Below are positions 16,733 to 27,552 of a stretch of 64,000 nucleotides of DNA, piece after piece. The translations under genes were made by a program, and so were the position numbers. The stretch is from Meiothermus sp. (lineage in GTDB: Bacteria > Deinococcota > Deinococci > Deinococcales > Thermaceae): the NCBI GenBank assembly GCA_033762915.1, contig JANRLD010000026.1:1-64000 (forward strand), written 5' to 3'. Within the stretch, counting starts at the first letter, position 1; every line of letters starts with the position of its first letter. The notes under the pieces are model-generated. The model had not been told where the DNA came from. It searched no databases and saw only the letters and a list, made by a program, of their open reading frames with translations.

Positions 16733-17335
16733 TCAGCTTTCGGTCTCCCCCAGCCTCAGCCCGTATGCCCACCACAGCTCGTGCTCCTGCAAGACCTTAA
16801 AGCCCAGCCGCTCGTAGAAGCGGACGGCCCCGGTGTTGGCCTTGCCCACGCCGAGGTGGACGCCGGGGATCTCTATTTCCCTCAGCCGGTTCAAGAACAT
16901 AATCATCATCTTCTGACCTTGGCCCTGCCCCTGAGCGATGGGCAGCAGGTCTATGTGCAGCTCGGCGGGGTGGCGGGGGTACTCGAGGGTGCGGTGCCCC
17001 TGGTGGATCAGCCGGATGGCCGCGGCCTCGCGGCTCGAGTCCTGTGGGTCGGGCAGTGGGTAGCGCTCGCGCAGCGGCAGAAACCACTCGGCCTCGCAGC
17101 GGCGGGCGAAGGCCGCCGAGTCCCGCGTCCCCAGCACATACCCGCACGGTGCGCCGCTGTGCGTCAGCACAAAGCACAGGTCGGGTTCGAAAACCACGTA
17201 AGGCGCGGCGTACATGTGGCCCAGCAGGTCGGGGTCGCGGTACTCGAGGCCGTCGCGCACGTTGGGGTTGGTGCGGTAGCAGATCCGGTAAAGCGCGGTC
17301 AGGTCGGAGGGGTGGTAGGGGCGGATGTTGAACAT
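16733..17335 (-). CDS. GNAT family N-acetyltransferase
   Basis: HIDLLP.AQGQGQG and N.GAVRFYERLGF motifs. Confidence 0.88.
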   Translation of the reverse strand: MFNIRPYHPSDLTALYRICYRTNPNVRDGLEYRDPDLLGHMYAAPYVVFEPDLCFVLTHSGAPCGYVLGTRDSAAFARRCEAEWFLPLRERYPLPDPQDSSREAAAIRLIHQGHRTLEYPRHPAELHIDLLPIAQGQGQGQKMMIMFLNRLREIEIPGVHLGVGKANTGAVRFYERLGFKVLQEHELWWAYGLRLGETES

Positions 17336-17432
17336 GGCAGGGGTGGGGACAGGGGGTTCGGGCCGTGGGCAAGATTTCCGGCCTTCTCTACGCTACACTG
17401 CCCCGGCTTCCCCCATCGGGCTCATCGCCCGC

Positions 17433-18518
17433 CTACCTCAGCCCGGCGTAGGGGATCGTGAGCTCGAGGTCGCACTCGTTCAGGCCCTGCGGGAAGTCGA
17501 GCTGGACGGTCAGGCCGCCGCGGCCCAGGTACCAACTGTCGGCGCTGAGGACGTCGGTGGGCTCGAGGCCGCTCTCCTCGCCCCAGCAGTGAGGGTTGAG
17601 CCGGGTGCTGCGGTTCCACAGGAGCGCCCGCACGGTCAGGACGCGCTTGCGCCGATCGAGGTACTCGGAGAAATTGGCGAAGTTAAACTCCTCGCTCTTG
17701 GCCGGGTCGTAGCCGCGGGGAACCCAGGTGGGGCGGTAGAAGTCCTCGAGGGCCAGCTTCTTTCCGCTTCGCAGGTCGAAGGTCATCGAGGCCGGGAAGC
17801 TGTCTGAGCCCCCGGCCTCGCAGCGGGTGGTCGCAACGCTGCGGAGGCTCAGGTTGGTGCGGGTGATCCAGCTGAGGGTGGTGGCCTGCCGCCAGCCGGT
17901 CTGGGCGCCCGCGTTGCAGCGCAGCGCGCGCGCCGCGATACGGATGTGCTCGTCGGCCAGGGTTGGATTAACCGGGCTGCGGCCCTCGAGCCTCGGCAGG
18001 CTGACCCCCGATTTGGGCTCGGTGTACCAGCGCAGGCGGATGCTCCCGTAGCGCATCAGGCGGCCCACCTGCCAGGGCTGGTCGAACTTGAGGAACATGT
18101 AGGGGTCGCTGCGCTTCCAGCCCTCCAGCAGCGGCGCGTTCAGCGCTGCGATCAGGTCCTGGCGCTGCACAGGGCGCAGCAGCACCAGGCTGGAGCGCTG
18201 GCCCAGCTGGTGGTTGCCCACCAGCAGCCGCTGGTTAAGGTCGTCGCGCTGCCAGCTCAGGGTCAGGATGCCGCGCCGCGCGTCCGGGTAGCGCTCCCCC
18301 AAGACGTACTTGCCACCCTGAAGGCCGCCCTCGAGCACGATGTCGAGGCCGTCGCGGCGGTAGTAGAAGCGCCCGCGCAGTTCGCCCTCGCCACCGAACT
18401 GGGCCACCACCGCCTGGTTGCCGAAGAAGCCGACAAAGACCCCCTGCAAGGGGGCCTCCTCGGTCTGCGCGTGGGCCAGTGCGGTTAATGTCAGCAGTAA
18501 GAGAAGCAAACCCTTCAT
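17433..18518 (-). CDS. Hypothetical secreted protein
   Basis: Start reassigned to MKGLLLLLL (signal peptide ending AHA); host-like codons; paired Cys residues. Confidence 0.7.
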   Translation of the reverse strand: MKGLLLLLLTLTALAHAQTEEAPLQGVFVGFFGNQAVVAQFGGEGELRGRFYYRRDGLDIVLEGGLQGGKYVLGERYPDARRGILTLSWQRDDLNQRLLVGNHQLGQRSSLVLLRPVQRQDLIAALNAPLLEGWKRSDPYMFLKFDQPWQVGRLMRYGSIRLRWYTEPKSGVSLPRLEGRSPVNPTLADEHIRIAARALRCNAGAQTGWRQATTLSWITRTNLSLRSVATTRCEAGGSDSFPASMTFDLRSGKKLALEDFYRPTWVPRGYDPAKSEEFNFANFSEYLDRRKRVLTVRALLWNRSTRLNPHCWGEESGLEPTDVLSADSWYLGRGGLTVQLDFPQGLNECDLELTIPYAGLR

Positions 18519-18718
18519 TGCAATCGCCGCCCCGTGAATCCTCACCCAACCGTCCACGCACATTATGCACCCAAACGCGGCCTGGCCAAGTGGGGGGCCG
18601 GGCTGCGGGCGCTCTGCCCGGCATGGCGTGGGCGCCCACGTTCCCGCCCTCCTCACCGCCTTTTGATCAAGCGGGAATACCATGAGGCCCGCTTTCGGCA
18701 CAGCCCACGGGAGGTGGT

Positions 18719-19708
18719 ATGGGTAGGTTCACGCGACGCAGGTTCCTCGAGGCCTCGGCTTTCGGGGCAGGCGCAATCCTTATGGCACAGTACGGTCGGG
18801 CGCAGCAGAACTCGCCGGCGGCGCCGCTTGCGGCGAGCATGACGCAGGCTGCCAACCAGTTCCTGACCGCCCTCGGCAGCAGCCGCGGTAAGGCCAGCTT
18901 CGCCTTCGACAGCCCCGAGCGCACCCGCTGGCACTGGACGACTCCCCAGGGCTTCCCCCGCAACGGTCTGGCCCTCAAGGAGATGACCCCGGCCCAGCGT
19001 ACCGCCGCCCTGGCCCTGCTGCGCAGCGGCACCTCCGAGGCGGGCTACAAGAAGTCGCTGGACATCATGAACCTCCAGGCCGAACTGGGCCAAGACCCCG
19101 AACTGTTCTTTTTCTCGGTCTTCGGCACGCCGGGGGGGCGCGAGCCCTGGGGCTGGCGACTCGAGGGCCACCACCTCTCGCGCCAGTTCGCACTCGCCGG
19201 AGAGCGCGTCACCCTGACGCCCTTTTTCCACGGGGCCTGGCCCACCCAGACCCGGGCGGGCCTGAGGGCGATGGCGCGGGAGGAGGACACCGCCCGCGAG
19301 CTGGTGCGCTCGCTGGACGCCCGCCTCCAGGGCTTGGCGGTCTTCCGACGCGAGGCCCTGAACCAGCACGTCACCTGGAACCAGGTCAAGGTCGAGCCCC
19401 TCGAGGCCGTCGGCCTCCCCGCCAGCGAACTCAGCCCCGCCCAGGAAAAACTGGTGGTCGAGCTAATCCAGAGCTACCTTGGCTCTCTGCCCGCCCCGGT
19501 CGCCGCCGCCCAGTTCGAGCGCATCACCAAGGCTGGCCTGGACAAGGTGCGCTTCGGCTGGGCGGGCAGCCTCGAGGCCCGCCGCCCCTACTACTGGCGC
19601 CTCCAGGGGCCGACGTTCCTCTTGGAGCACGACAACTCCCGCAACGGTGCGACCCACATCCACAGCGTCTGGCGCGACTTCGAGGGTGACTTCGGGGCAA
19701 ACCTTTAG
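18719..19708 (+). CDS. Tat-exported DUF3500-family protein
   Basis: TRRRFL twin-arginine signal; WGWRLEGHHLS and HIHSVWRD motifs; RBS GGAGGT. Confidence 0.85.
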   Translation: MGRFTRRRFLEASAFGAGAILMAQYGRAQQNSPAAPLAASMTQAANQFLTALGSSRGKASFAFDSPERTRWHWTTPQGFPRNGLALKEMTPAQRTAALALLRSGTSEAGYKKSLDIMNLQAELGQDPELFFFSVFGTPGGREPWGWRLEGHHLSRQFALAGERVTLTPFFHGAWPTQTRAGLRAMAREEDTARELVRSLDARLQGLAVFRREALNQHVTWNQVKVEPLEAVGLPASELSPAQEKLVVELIQSYLGSLPAPVAAAQFERITKAGLDKVRFGWAGSLEARRPYYWRLQGPTFLLEHDNSRNGATHIHSVWRDFEGDFGANL

Positions 19709-19758
19709 GTAGGGGTAGGGGAAAAGAACTGGTTTTCGCCCTGTTGTTCCCCCACACG

Positions 19759-20646
19759 CTACCCCTTACTCCTCATCGGCACGAACCCCAGCACCAGCGC
19801 CACGCTCAGCAGGATGACACCCAGACCGGCAAACATCCCCAGGTTGAGGGGCTCGCCCAGGAAGACCACGCCCCACAAGACGCTGAAGAAGGGGATCAGG
19901 AAGGTCACGCTGGCGGCGGCGGTCGCGCCCGCCGTGGCGATCAGGCGGAAGTAGAGCAGGTAGGCCACAGCCGTGGAGAGCAGGGCCAGGCCCAGCACCG
20001 CGCCGAGCAGGGCGGGCGTCCAGGTGATGGGGGGCCAGGCCACAGCGGCTGGGAGGACCAGCAGGCTCGAGCCGCACAACTGGCCCACCGCCGTGTGCAG
20101 CGGCTGGATGCCCTTGAAGGCTACGCGGGCGTAGACAGCGGCCAAGCCGTAGGCCAGGGCGGCCAGGAGGGCCTCCAGCACCGCCAGGAAGGTCCGGTCA
20201 TCGACGGGGATCGGGCTGAAGCCCACCAGCACCCCCACCCCCGCGATCCCCAGCACCACCCCCAGCGCCTTGGGCCAGCCGAAGGACTCCTTGAGCCACA
20301 CCGCCGCCGCCAGCGCGGTGAACAGCGGGGTGGTGGCGTTGAGGATCGAGCCCAGCGAGGCGTTGAGGTGGATCACCGAGCTGACGATCAGGAACTGCGG
20401 GATTACGTTGTTGAGCAGCCCCAGGATCAGGAACTTGGGCCAGTGTCGGCGGAAGTCGGGCAGCCGCCCCACTGCCAGCGCGAAGGTCAGTAGCGCCAGC
20501 GCCGCTAACCCCAGCCGCAGTTGGGTGGTCGCCACCACGCCCAGCTCCGGCGCAGCCACCCGGATGAACAGGTACGAGCCGCCCCACAGGGCAGCCAGGC
20601 TCAGCAGCATGGCCAGGGTTTGTAGGGGGCTCGAGGGGGCGTTCAC
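19759..20646 (-). CDS. DMT/EamA family transporter
   Basis: LWGGSY, NATTPLFT and FLGEPL motifs, about 10 TM segments; GTG 20646 lies 6 nt after -10 TATCCT. Confidence 0.9.
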   Translation of the reverse strand: MNAPSSPLQTLAMLLSLAALWGGSYLFIRVAAPELGVVATTQLRLGLAALALLTFALAVGRLPDFRRHWPKFLILGLLNNVIPQFLIVSSVIHLNASLGSILNATTPLFTALAAAVWLKESFGWPKALGVVLGIAGVGVLVGFSPIPVDDRTFLAVLEALLAALAYGLAAVYARVAFKGIQPLHTAVGQLCGSSLLVLPAAVAWPPITWTPALLGAVLGLALLSTAVAYLLYFRLIATAGATAAASVTFLIPFFSVLWGVVFLGEPLNLGMFAGLGVILLSVALVLGFVPMRSKG

Positions 20647-20822
20647 CCGCAAAGGATAAGGACTGCGGCCCGGCGGGGCTATGCGAAACTTGTGGTCAAA
20701 AAATACGGGCTCGTAGCTGGCCCTGTGTTGGGCCGCGCCAGACCTGCCTACAAGACCCCGGCCACGCTAAACCCAAATGCCGAGGGTTCGGCTCCACCCC
20801 GTGCAACACCTTGGGTGTTGGT

Positions 20823-22286
20823 CTACTTCAGCTCGAGCACGCCGCCGAAAACCCGCCCAATCACTTTCCCATTTTCCCAGAGGGTCAGGTCGGCGGGGGT
20901 CTCGGGCCGGATCAGGCCGTGGTGCAGCCAGCCTGCCGCCAGGGCGGCCCCCCTGGTGTGCGCCCACAGCACCTCGGCTTCGGTGAGGCTCTGGGCGGGG
21001 TTGAGCGGGTGGCGCAGGCTGGCCTCGAGGTTGTCCTCCCAGACCGGCTTGGCTACTGGCGCGTCGGAGCCAAAGGCCATCGGCAGTCCGGTCTCCCACA
21101 GTTCACGCAGGCGGAAGGCTTCGTGCTCCTGGCCGGGGAGGTGGTGGCGTACCAGGCCCGCGTCTTCCAGGGCGTGGGTCGGCTGCATGGAGAGGGTCAC
21201 GGGGAGGTTCCTCAGCCGCTGGAGGTCGGCGTCGGCGATGTGTTGGGCGTGCTCCATGCGGTAGGTGAGGGCCTTTAGTTCGGGCTCTGGGCGGCGGGTG
21301 TGTCGGGCGTTTTGCTCGAACCACTCCACCAGGTTCAGCCACTCGTGAACCGCCCGCGACCCGATGGCGTGCGTCACCAGGGTGAAGCCCGCCTCGAGCG
21401 CCGCCCGGCCCTCGGCGCGGATCAGCTCGAGGTCGTCCAGCGCCATCCCTAAAGAGCCGTCAGGGTAGGGCCGAAGCGTCCAGGCGGTGCGGCTGCCCAG
21501 CGCCCCGTCCATGAAGAACTTGACCGCCGCCACGTGCAGTGAGTCGCCCCGCCAGCCGGGCGTAGTCCCGCGCCAGTTGTGCTTGTCCATCGCCCACCAC
21601 AGCCGCACCGGCAGGCGGTTGGCTTTCGCCAGTTCCTCGGCCTCGCTCAAGGGGCTCCAGCCCATGTGGTGCGTCGCGGTGAAGCCGCGCTGGGCGAGGT
21701 CTTTGAGGCCGCGCTCGAGTTCGGCGATGCCGGACTTGGGCAAGGCCTCGTGCAGGTAATCCTGGGCGCGCTCGAGCAGATACCCCGTGGCCTCGCCCGC
21801 CCCGTCGCGCACAATGCTCCCGTCGGAGGGGTCGGGCGTGTCGCGCGCGATGCGGGCCAGTTCCAGGGCTTTGCTATTGGCCCAGCCGGAGTGAAAGTCG
21901 CGGCTTTGCAGGAAGACCGGGTGATCGGGTGTGGCGGCGTCCAGCAGGTCTTTGTGGGGGTAGTCGGCGAAGAGGTAGCCGGCCCCGCGAATCCACTGGC
22001 CGGCCGGGGTCTCGGCAGCGCGTCGGGCCACCCGGTCGGCGGCCTGGCGGGGGTCGGTGATGCCGCTTAAGTCCACCATCCCCAGCGCCTCGCCCCACAT
22101 CTGCGGGTGGGTGTGCGCGTCGTGCAGCCCGGGGGTGATGCGCTCAATTCGCAGCTTCTGCGCCCTGGGGTAGCGGGCCGAGAGTTCGGTCTGGCTCCCC
22201 ACGTCCCCGATCTGCCCCCCGTCCACAAACACCGCCTCGACCTCGCCCCGCTCCGTCTGCGTAACCACCCGTCCGATAAGCAGCAT
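20823..22286 (-). CDS. Amidohydrolase family 3 (YtcJ-like)
   Basis: PGLHDAHTH, KFFMDGALGSRTA, HAIGS, RMEHAQ and FGSDAPV motifs. Confidence 0.9.
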   Translation of the reverse strand: MLLIGRVVTQTERGEVEAVFVDGGQIGDVGSQTELSARYPRAQKLRIERITPGLHDAHTHPQMWGEALGMVDLSGITDPRQAADRVARRAAETPAGQWIRGAGYLFADYPHKDLLDAATPDHPVFLQSRDFHSGWANSKALELARIARDTPDPSDGSIVRDGAGEATGYLLERAQDYLHEALPKSGIAELERGLKDLAQRGFTATHHMGWSPLSEAEELAKANRLPVRLWWAMDKHNWRGTTPGWRGDSLHVAAVKFFMDGALGSRTAWTLRPYPDGSLGMALDDLELIRAEGRAALEAGFTLVTHAIGSRAVHEWLNLVEWFEQNARHTRRPEPELKALTYRMEHAQHIADADLQRLRNLPVTLSMQPTHALEDAGLVRHHLPGQEHEAFRLRELWETGLPMAFGSDAPVAKPVWEDNLEASLRHPLNPAQSLTEAEVLWAHTRGAALAAGWLHHGLIRPETPADLTLWENGKVIGRVFGGVLELK

Positions 22287-22383
22287 GGCCTGAGTCTAAG
22301 AGAGGGAAGAGGGAGGGGGAAGAGGGAGGAGAAGGCCAAAAGGCGAAAAGGAGGGGCCAGCGGCGGCTCGCCCAGCACCCGGA

Positions 22384-22499
22384 CGGCGGTTCGCACCCTT
22401 GCGCCTCTCGCGGCAACGCGCTAAAGCGGGCACTAGAGCAAGCTTTAGGTACCCCGCACATCCGCGTCTCTGGGTGCGGGGCATTCGTGGGAAGGGCTC
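22384..22499 (-). mobile_element. MITE family A type I, degenerate, with two tandem 12-nt modules (116 bp)
   Basis: Aligns with 16569-16672; length equals 92+24. Confidence 0.65.
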
Positions 22500-22657
22500 T
22501 GAGCCGTTGGGCTGCCCTGCCCATAGGGACGCGCGGCCGTACATGTGCATCTGCCACCGCGAGCAGTCCAGCCATCCGGCTCGAGTGTGAGCGGCGTTTG
22601 GCCGGGGCATACGGCGTTGTTCGACGTAGTGGCTGTCACGATATGCTGTACGCCAGT

Positions 22658-23392
22658 ATGGACCTGGAGCACTTCAAACAACAGGCCGCCCTCGAGGCGG
22701 TCAAGCACGTCCAATCCGGCATGACCGTGGGGCTGGGAACGGGCTCGACGGCGAAGTATGCGGTGCTCGAGATCGGCCGCAAACTGCGCGAGGGCGAGCT
22801 GACCGACGTGTGCGGAATTCCGACTTCTGAGGCCACTCGGAGGCTGGCGCTCGAGCAGGGTGTCCCCTTGGTCGACCTCGGCGAGGGCGGTGTGGACGTA
22901 GCCATCGACGGGGCCGACGAGATAGACCCCCAGCTCAACCTAATCAAGGGCCTGGGTGGGGCGCTGCTGCGCGAGAAGATCGTTGAGAATACGGCGGGCC
23001 TGTTTGTGGTCATTGCCGACGAGACCAAGCTGGTCAACCGCCTCGGGCGCGGCCGGCTGCCGGTGGAAGTCATCCCGTTCGGCTATAAGTCCACCCTGAA
23101 GTACCTGCAGAAGGTGGTAGATGTGCTGAACGAAGGCCCGCCCTCAGAGGGTCGCGTGCAGAGCATGGACGTTCGGATGGAGGGCGACAGGCCGTTTCTT
23201 AGCGACGGGGGCAACTACATCGTCCACCTTAACTTCTCGGTACCGCTGGCCTCTCCGTGGGACTTCGAGGTCGGCCTGAAGGGCATTCCCGGAGTGGTGG
23301 AGACGGGCTTGTTTCTGCGCTATGCCCACCTTGCCGTCATCGCGGGGCGCGGGGGCATTACTACCCTCGAGGGCGACCGGGCCGGCGTTTGA
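22658..23392 (+). CDS. rpiA: Ribose-5-phosphate isomerase A
   Basis: GLGTGST, DGADE, KGLGGALLREK and IPGVVETGLF motifs; start reassigned to MDLEHFK. Confidence 0.96.
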   Translation: MDLEHFKQQAALEAVKHVQSGMTVGLGTGSTAKYAVLEIGRKLREGELTDVCGIPTSEATRRLALEQGVPLVDLGEGGVDVAIDGADEIDPQLNLIKGLGGALLREKIVENTAGLFVVIADETKLVNRLGRGRLPVEVIPFGYKSTLKYLQKVVDVLNEGPPSEGRVQSMDVRMEGDRPFLSDGGNYIVHLNFSVPLASPWDFEVGLKGIPGVVETGLFLRYAHLAVIAGRGGITTLEGDRAGV

Positions 23393-23483
23393 GTGTCGGG
23401 GTTCGCCACCTTCGTGGTAGGGAATTGCTTCGCGAACGCAACGGTTGCCCCCTCGGGTCTAGCAGACTCGCCCCTGGCAAAAC

Positions 23484-24446
23484 TTAGGCAGTAGACCTCG
23501 AGGCGTAGGCCCTCAACAACTCCTGCTCGCGCTCCGCGCTCAGGCCGGTCTTGAGCTCGGCGCCCCTGGCGCTGTCCCAGGCCAGCAGTTCGCGCACGGT
23601 TTGTTCGAGCGGGCGCACCCTCAATCCCGCCGCCAGGGCGCGGCTCGAGTCCACCCCCAGCAGTCCGTGCCCCTCCGAACCCGTGGGGATCCACAGCGGC
23701 AGGTCGGCCCAGGGGGTGACGCTTTGCTCGAGCAGCCACCCCTCCTCGGCCCAGACCGCCTTGTCCTGGCCCCCGCAGGCCGCCACCAGGTCGCCCCAGG
23801 TGGTGGTCGGGGCGGCGCTGTTGAAGACCCCGGTCAGCGACCCCTCCACCGCCGCGACGATGAAGTCGGCCTGATCGCGGGCGTCTATGTACTGCACCGC
23901 AGACTCGGGCCTGCCCGGCACCAGCACCCTGTCCTGCTGGGCGAAGCGCCGCGGCCAGTAGGTGAAGCGGTCGGTGGGATCGTGCGGCCCCACCACGATG
24001 TGCGGGCGCACAACCAGACAGGCCGGGTAAAGCTCCTGCGCGGCCTGCTCGCACAGCACCTTGAGGCCGCCGTAGGTCTCGCCGGTGATGGCCTCGGTGT
24101 CGGGGTTCTCGAGGGTTTGCAGCGGGCTGTTCTCGTGGATGCCCGGCTCGGGGCTGGCCTGGTAGACCGAGATGGTCGAGATGAAGGTGTAGTGCCGGGT
24201 CTGGATGGCGGTGGCGGCCTGGCGCACCACTCGGGGGACGTAGGCGTTCACATCAATCACCGCGTCCCAGGTGCGGCCTTCCAGGGCCCTGTAGTCGCCA
24301 GCCTGCCGGTCGCCGATCAGCGACTCGGTGCCGGGCAGGGGGTTGTTGCCCCGCGTGAAGGTGGAAACCGCGTGGCCGCGTGCCAGCGCCGCCTCGACCA
24401 CGTGCCTTCCCACAAACTGGGTTCCGCCCAAAATAAGCAGATTCAT
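23484..24446 (-). CDS. NAD-dependent epimerase/dehydratase family protein
   Basis: GGTQFVG and YGGLK motifs, RPHIVVGP; leaderless -10 TATGCT. Confidence 0.88.
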   Translation of the reverse strand: MNLLILGGTQFVGRHVVEAALARGHAVSTFTRGNNPLPGTESLIGDRQAGDYRALEGRTWDAVIDVNAYVPRVVRQAATAIQTRHYTFISTISVYQASPEPGIHENSPLQTLENPDTEAITGETYGGLKVLCEQAAQELYPACLVVRPHIVVGPHDPTDRFTYWPRRFAQQDRVLVPGRPESAVQYIDARDQADFIVAAVEGSLTGVFNSAAPTTTWGDLVAACGGQDKAVWAEEGWLLEQSVTPWADLPLWIPTGSEGHGLLGVDSSRALAAGLRVRPLEQTVRELLAWDSARGAELKTGLSAEREQELLRAYASRSTA

Positions 24447-24559
24447 TAACCCAGCATAGGCCGGAGCTAGGTGAAAAACAAAACGTCAGATCACGCCTTA
24501 TGTAATGGTTAGAGTCACATAAGGAATGTTAGTATCCTCACGACATTGGGAGGTCGGCT

Positions 24560-27013
24560 TTGAAGAAATGGCTTGTTTTCGCTCTGGTGGGGTTGCTGGC
24601 GGCGGCCTGCGGTCCCAGCAACACCGGGCAGTTGGCGTTCACGGTTCTGGGGGTACCCGCCGGGGTCACGGTCTCCCTCGAGGTCAGCGGCCCCGACGGC
24701 TTCAAGCGCACCGTGACCGACGGCAAGGCCCTCACCGGCCTGGCAGCGGGCGAGTACGAGGTTCGCGCCTCGGACATCGAGCGCACCGGCCAGAACGCGC
24801 TCAAGGCCGATGTGCGCTACAGCAAGACCAGCGAGGGCGGCAAGGCCAGGGTGGAGCCCACCGGCATCACCACCGCCACCCTCGACTACAACGTGGCCCG
24901 CCTGTCCGTCAACGTCAGCGCGACCGCCCCCACCCCCACCGTGCGGCTGCTGCGTGGCAACGAGGTCTTTCGCACCTTCACCGCCACCCAGACCCTGGTG
25001 GTTCCCCCGGGCCAGTACACCCTCGAGGCCACCAACCCGCCGGCAGGCTCGAGCTACGAGGTGGTCCTGGACCGCACCGCCCTTACCCTCGCGGCGGGCG
25101 ATGCCATCAGCGCCAACGTGGTCTACTCGCAGGGCTTCGGCGACTTCAGCCTGAACCTCACGCTGCCCCCCGGCCAGACCGCCCTCACCCCGCCCGCCGT
25201 GCTCCAGGGCGAGGGGAGCGTGCGCTTCGAGGTGAGCAGCACCCGCACCCTGCGCCTGCCGGTGGGCCGCTACACCCTCAGCGCAAGCCCGGTGGTGCTC
25301 GAGCAGGTCAGCTTCGCCCCCACTCTGAGCGGCACCACCTTCGACTTGGTTAAAGACGGCAGCCTCAGCGCCAGCGTCACCTACGCCGCCACCAACTCGC
25401 TGGTCAGCGTCAATGTGACCGGGGCGCTCGGCACCGACACCGTGACCGTGCGCCTGACCCCGGCCGCGGGCCAGCCGACCGTCCGCACCCAGACCGGCAA
25501 CGGCACCCAGAGCTTCGTGGTTCCCTTCGGCACATACACCGTCGATGCCAGCGCGCCTCGAGCCGGAACCTATGTCGATGGGGTGGTCGCCTTCCGGGGC
25601 AGCGTGACCACCAGTGTCGCCAGCTTCAACCAGCCGGTGTCTGCCGCCCTGGTATCCAGCCCCTTTAGCGGGGCGCTGCTGGCGGTGGGCAACGGTGGCA
25701 ACAACAACCGGGGCTGGAACACCCAGTTCGGCGACGTCGCGGGCCTCCGGCGCGACACCGACGTGGGGGTCTCGGTTGTCGATGCGAACATCGCGGCCGG
25801 CGCCACGCCCGTCCTGTTCACCGCGCTCGGGACGACCCTGCCTGCGGGGCACCTGAGGGGGGAGGGCCTGGCTCGAGTGGCCTTTGACGCGGGGGGTAAC
25901 CTGTACGCGCTGTATCAGAGGATTCCTGCGAGGGTCTCGGATATCCGGGTGATTCGCATTAGCCGCGAAAACCTGCTTACCTCGCCCCCCAGCCTGGACG
26001 AGTCGGCGGCGGGCAACAAGCGCATCGAGGCCACCAGCGGCGTCTCGGGACGCGACTTCGGGCTGAGCGACATGGCCTTCGACGCGGCCGGAAACCTCTG
26101 GCTGCTCAACACCGGACTCACCGTCAGCTGCGTCTCGGCCGCGCAGCTGACCTCGAGCGCCTCCAGCATTTCTACCGCCAGCCAGACCCTCACCCTGCCC
26201 AACTCCACGACTGCTCTGGGCAACTACGGCAACCTCTACGCCTTCAAGTTCGACCTCTCCGGCAACCTCTGGATCGCCTCCGGCGACTACCGCCGGGAGG
26301 GGGGCGCGCCGCTGTCGCTAACCCGGCTCTCGAGGATCCCCGCCTCGCGCCTGACCTGTACCAGCGCCAACAGTGGCGAAACCACCCCCGACGTGCGCCT
26401 GAGCATCGCGCTCACCGAAAGCCCCACCTCGAGCGCCTCCACCGTTCCGGTGATCCACAAGCCCTACGCCGTTGCGCTCTCTCCCGACGGCAACGCCCTC
26501 TGGGTAGCCGACTACGGGGCGGGTTCGGACATTACCGCCAGCGGATGCCCCTCGGGTAGCAACCAGACCAACTACATCCGCGAGAGCGTCATCAAGGTTC
26601 CCCTGAACACCGCCAACACCACCCCCAATCCCGCCGGCGAGTTGATCCGCAACGCAGTAGTGACGGCCCGACTGACCATCGGCGAGGCCAACACCACTGC
26701 GCCGGAAAAGGGGCTGCAGCAGCCCACCGATCTGGCCTTCGACAAGCAGGGGCGGTTGTGGGTCGCGACCGATAACAACGTCGAAATCGACTCGAGCAAC
26801 CCCTGCTACGCCACCACGACGGTAGACGGGTTGGGGCCGTTCTCGAGCCTCGTCACCGACCAGCGCGGCAAGCTCTACAGCATCGCCCCAGGTGAACTGG
26901 GCGACACCCCATCACCCACCTCGCCCATCCAGCTGAGGCCCGTCACCAGCTTCTTCACCATCAACTCGCCCAGTCTGGGCCAAGGCTTCACCGGCATCGC
27001 TTTCGGGAACTAA
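24560..27013 (+). CDS. Large lipoprotein with Ig-like beta repeats and an NHL-like beta-propeller
   Basis: Lipobox LAAC; repeated G.Y..A strands; repeated AFD..GNLW blades. Confidence 0.82.
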   Translation: MKKWLVFALVGLLAAACGPSNTGQLAFTVLGVPAGVTVSLEVSGPDGFKRTVTDGKALTGLAAGEYEVRASDIERTGQNALKADVRYSKTSEGGKARVEPTGITTATLDYNVARLSVNVSATAPTPTVRLLRGNEVFRTFTATQTLVVPPGQYTLEATNPPAGSSYEVVLDRTALTLAAGDAISANVVYSQGFGDFSLNLTLPPGQTALTPPAVLQGEGSVRFEVSSTRTLRLPVGRYTLSASPVVLEQVSFAPTLSGTTFDLVKDGSLSASVTYAATNSLVSVNVTGALGTDTVTVRLTPAAGQPTVRTQTGNGTQSFVVPFGTYTVDASAPRAGTYVDGVVAFRGSVTTSVASFNQPVSAALVSSPFSGALLAVGNGGNNNRGWNTQFGDVAGLRRDTDVGVSVVDANIAAGATPVLFTALGTTLPAGHLRGEGLARVAFDAGGNLYALYQRIPARVSDIRVIRISRENLLTSPPSLDESAAGNKRIEATSGVSGRDFGLSDMAFDAAGNLWLLNTGLTVSCVSAAQLTSSASSISTASQTLTLPNSTTALGNYGNLYAFKFDLSGNLWIASGDYRREGGAPLSLTRLSRIPASRLTCTSANSGETTPDVRLSIALTESPTSSASTVPVIHKPYAVALSPDGNALWVADYGAGSDITASGCPSGSNQTNYIRESVIKVPLNTANTTPNPAGELIRNAVVTARLTIGEANTTAPEKGLQQPTDLAFDKQGRLWVATDNNVEIDSSNPCYATTTVDGLGPFSSLVTDQRGKLYSIAPGELGDTPSPTSPIQLRPVTSFFTINSPSLGQGFTGIAFGN

Positions 27014-27144
27014 GTAGGGCGCGGCGCGCACCACTTTCCAAGGCTCGAGGGCCGTGCCCCTCAGACTCGGAAAGTGGTGGATTTTTCTGCCGCCCTTATC
27101 TGCGCCTCGGGACGGTATTCCGCCCGCAGGCACTTGCCAGCCCT

Positions 27145-27552
27145 TCAGCTCAGCCACTTCTCCATGAACAGCAGGTCGTCGAGCTTGTAGCCCAGCCTCG
27201 AGAAAAAACTCCGTACCTCGTAGGCCGGCTCGACCAGCAGGTTGATCTTCTCGCAGCCCTTGGCGCGGAAGCGGGCCTCGAGTTCTTCCACCAGCCGCTT
27301 GCCCCAGCCCTTGCCCTGCCCGAAGGGGTGGACGGCCATCTGGTAGACCCAGCCGCGCCGCCCGTCGTACCCCGCCATCACCGCCGCCAGCAGTTGCCCG
27401 TCCTCCTCGACCACCAAAAACAGATCGGGGTCGCGCTCGAGCTTGCGCTGGATGCCCTCGAAACTGTCCGAGCGGTTGAGCTCCAAGCCCGCCTGCTGCC
27501 AGAGGGCGATTACCCTCGAGTAGTCTTCCAGTTTGAAGTCGCGGATGGCCAT
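27145..27552 (-). CDS. GNAT acetyltransferase (YpeA-like)
   Basis: MAGYDGRRGW, Q.KG.G and GCEKINL motifs; start reassigned, -10 TAGGAT 5 nt upstream. Confidence 0.9.
   Translation of the reverse strand: MAIRDFKLEDYSRVIALWQQAGLELNRSDSFEGIQRKLERDPDLFLVVEEDGQLLAAVMAGYDGRRGWVYQMAVHPFGQGKGWGKRLVEELEARFRAKGCEKINLLVEPAYEVRSFFSRLGYKLDDLLFMEKWLS

Noticed and set aside
24496..24524. CCTTATGT-N13-ACATAAGG as a second RDRM
   Set aside because: Arm spacing is too long for the 17-bp motif; it may be another operator but is unsupported.
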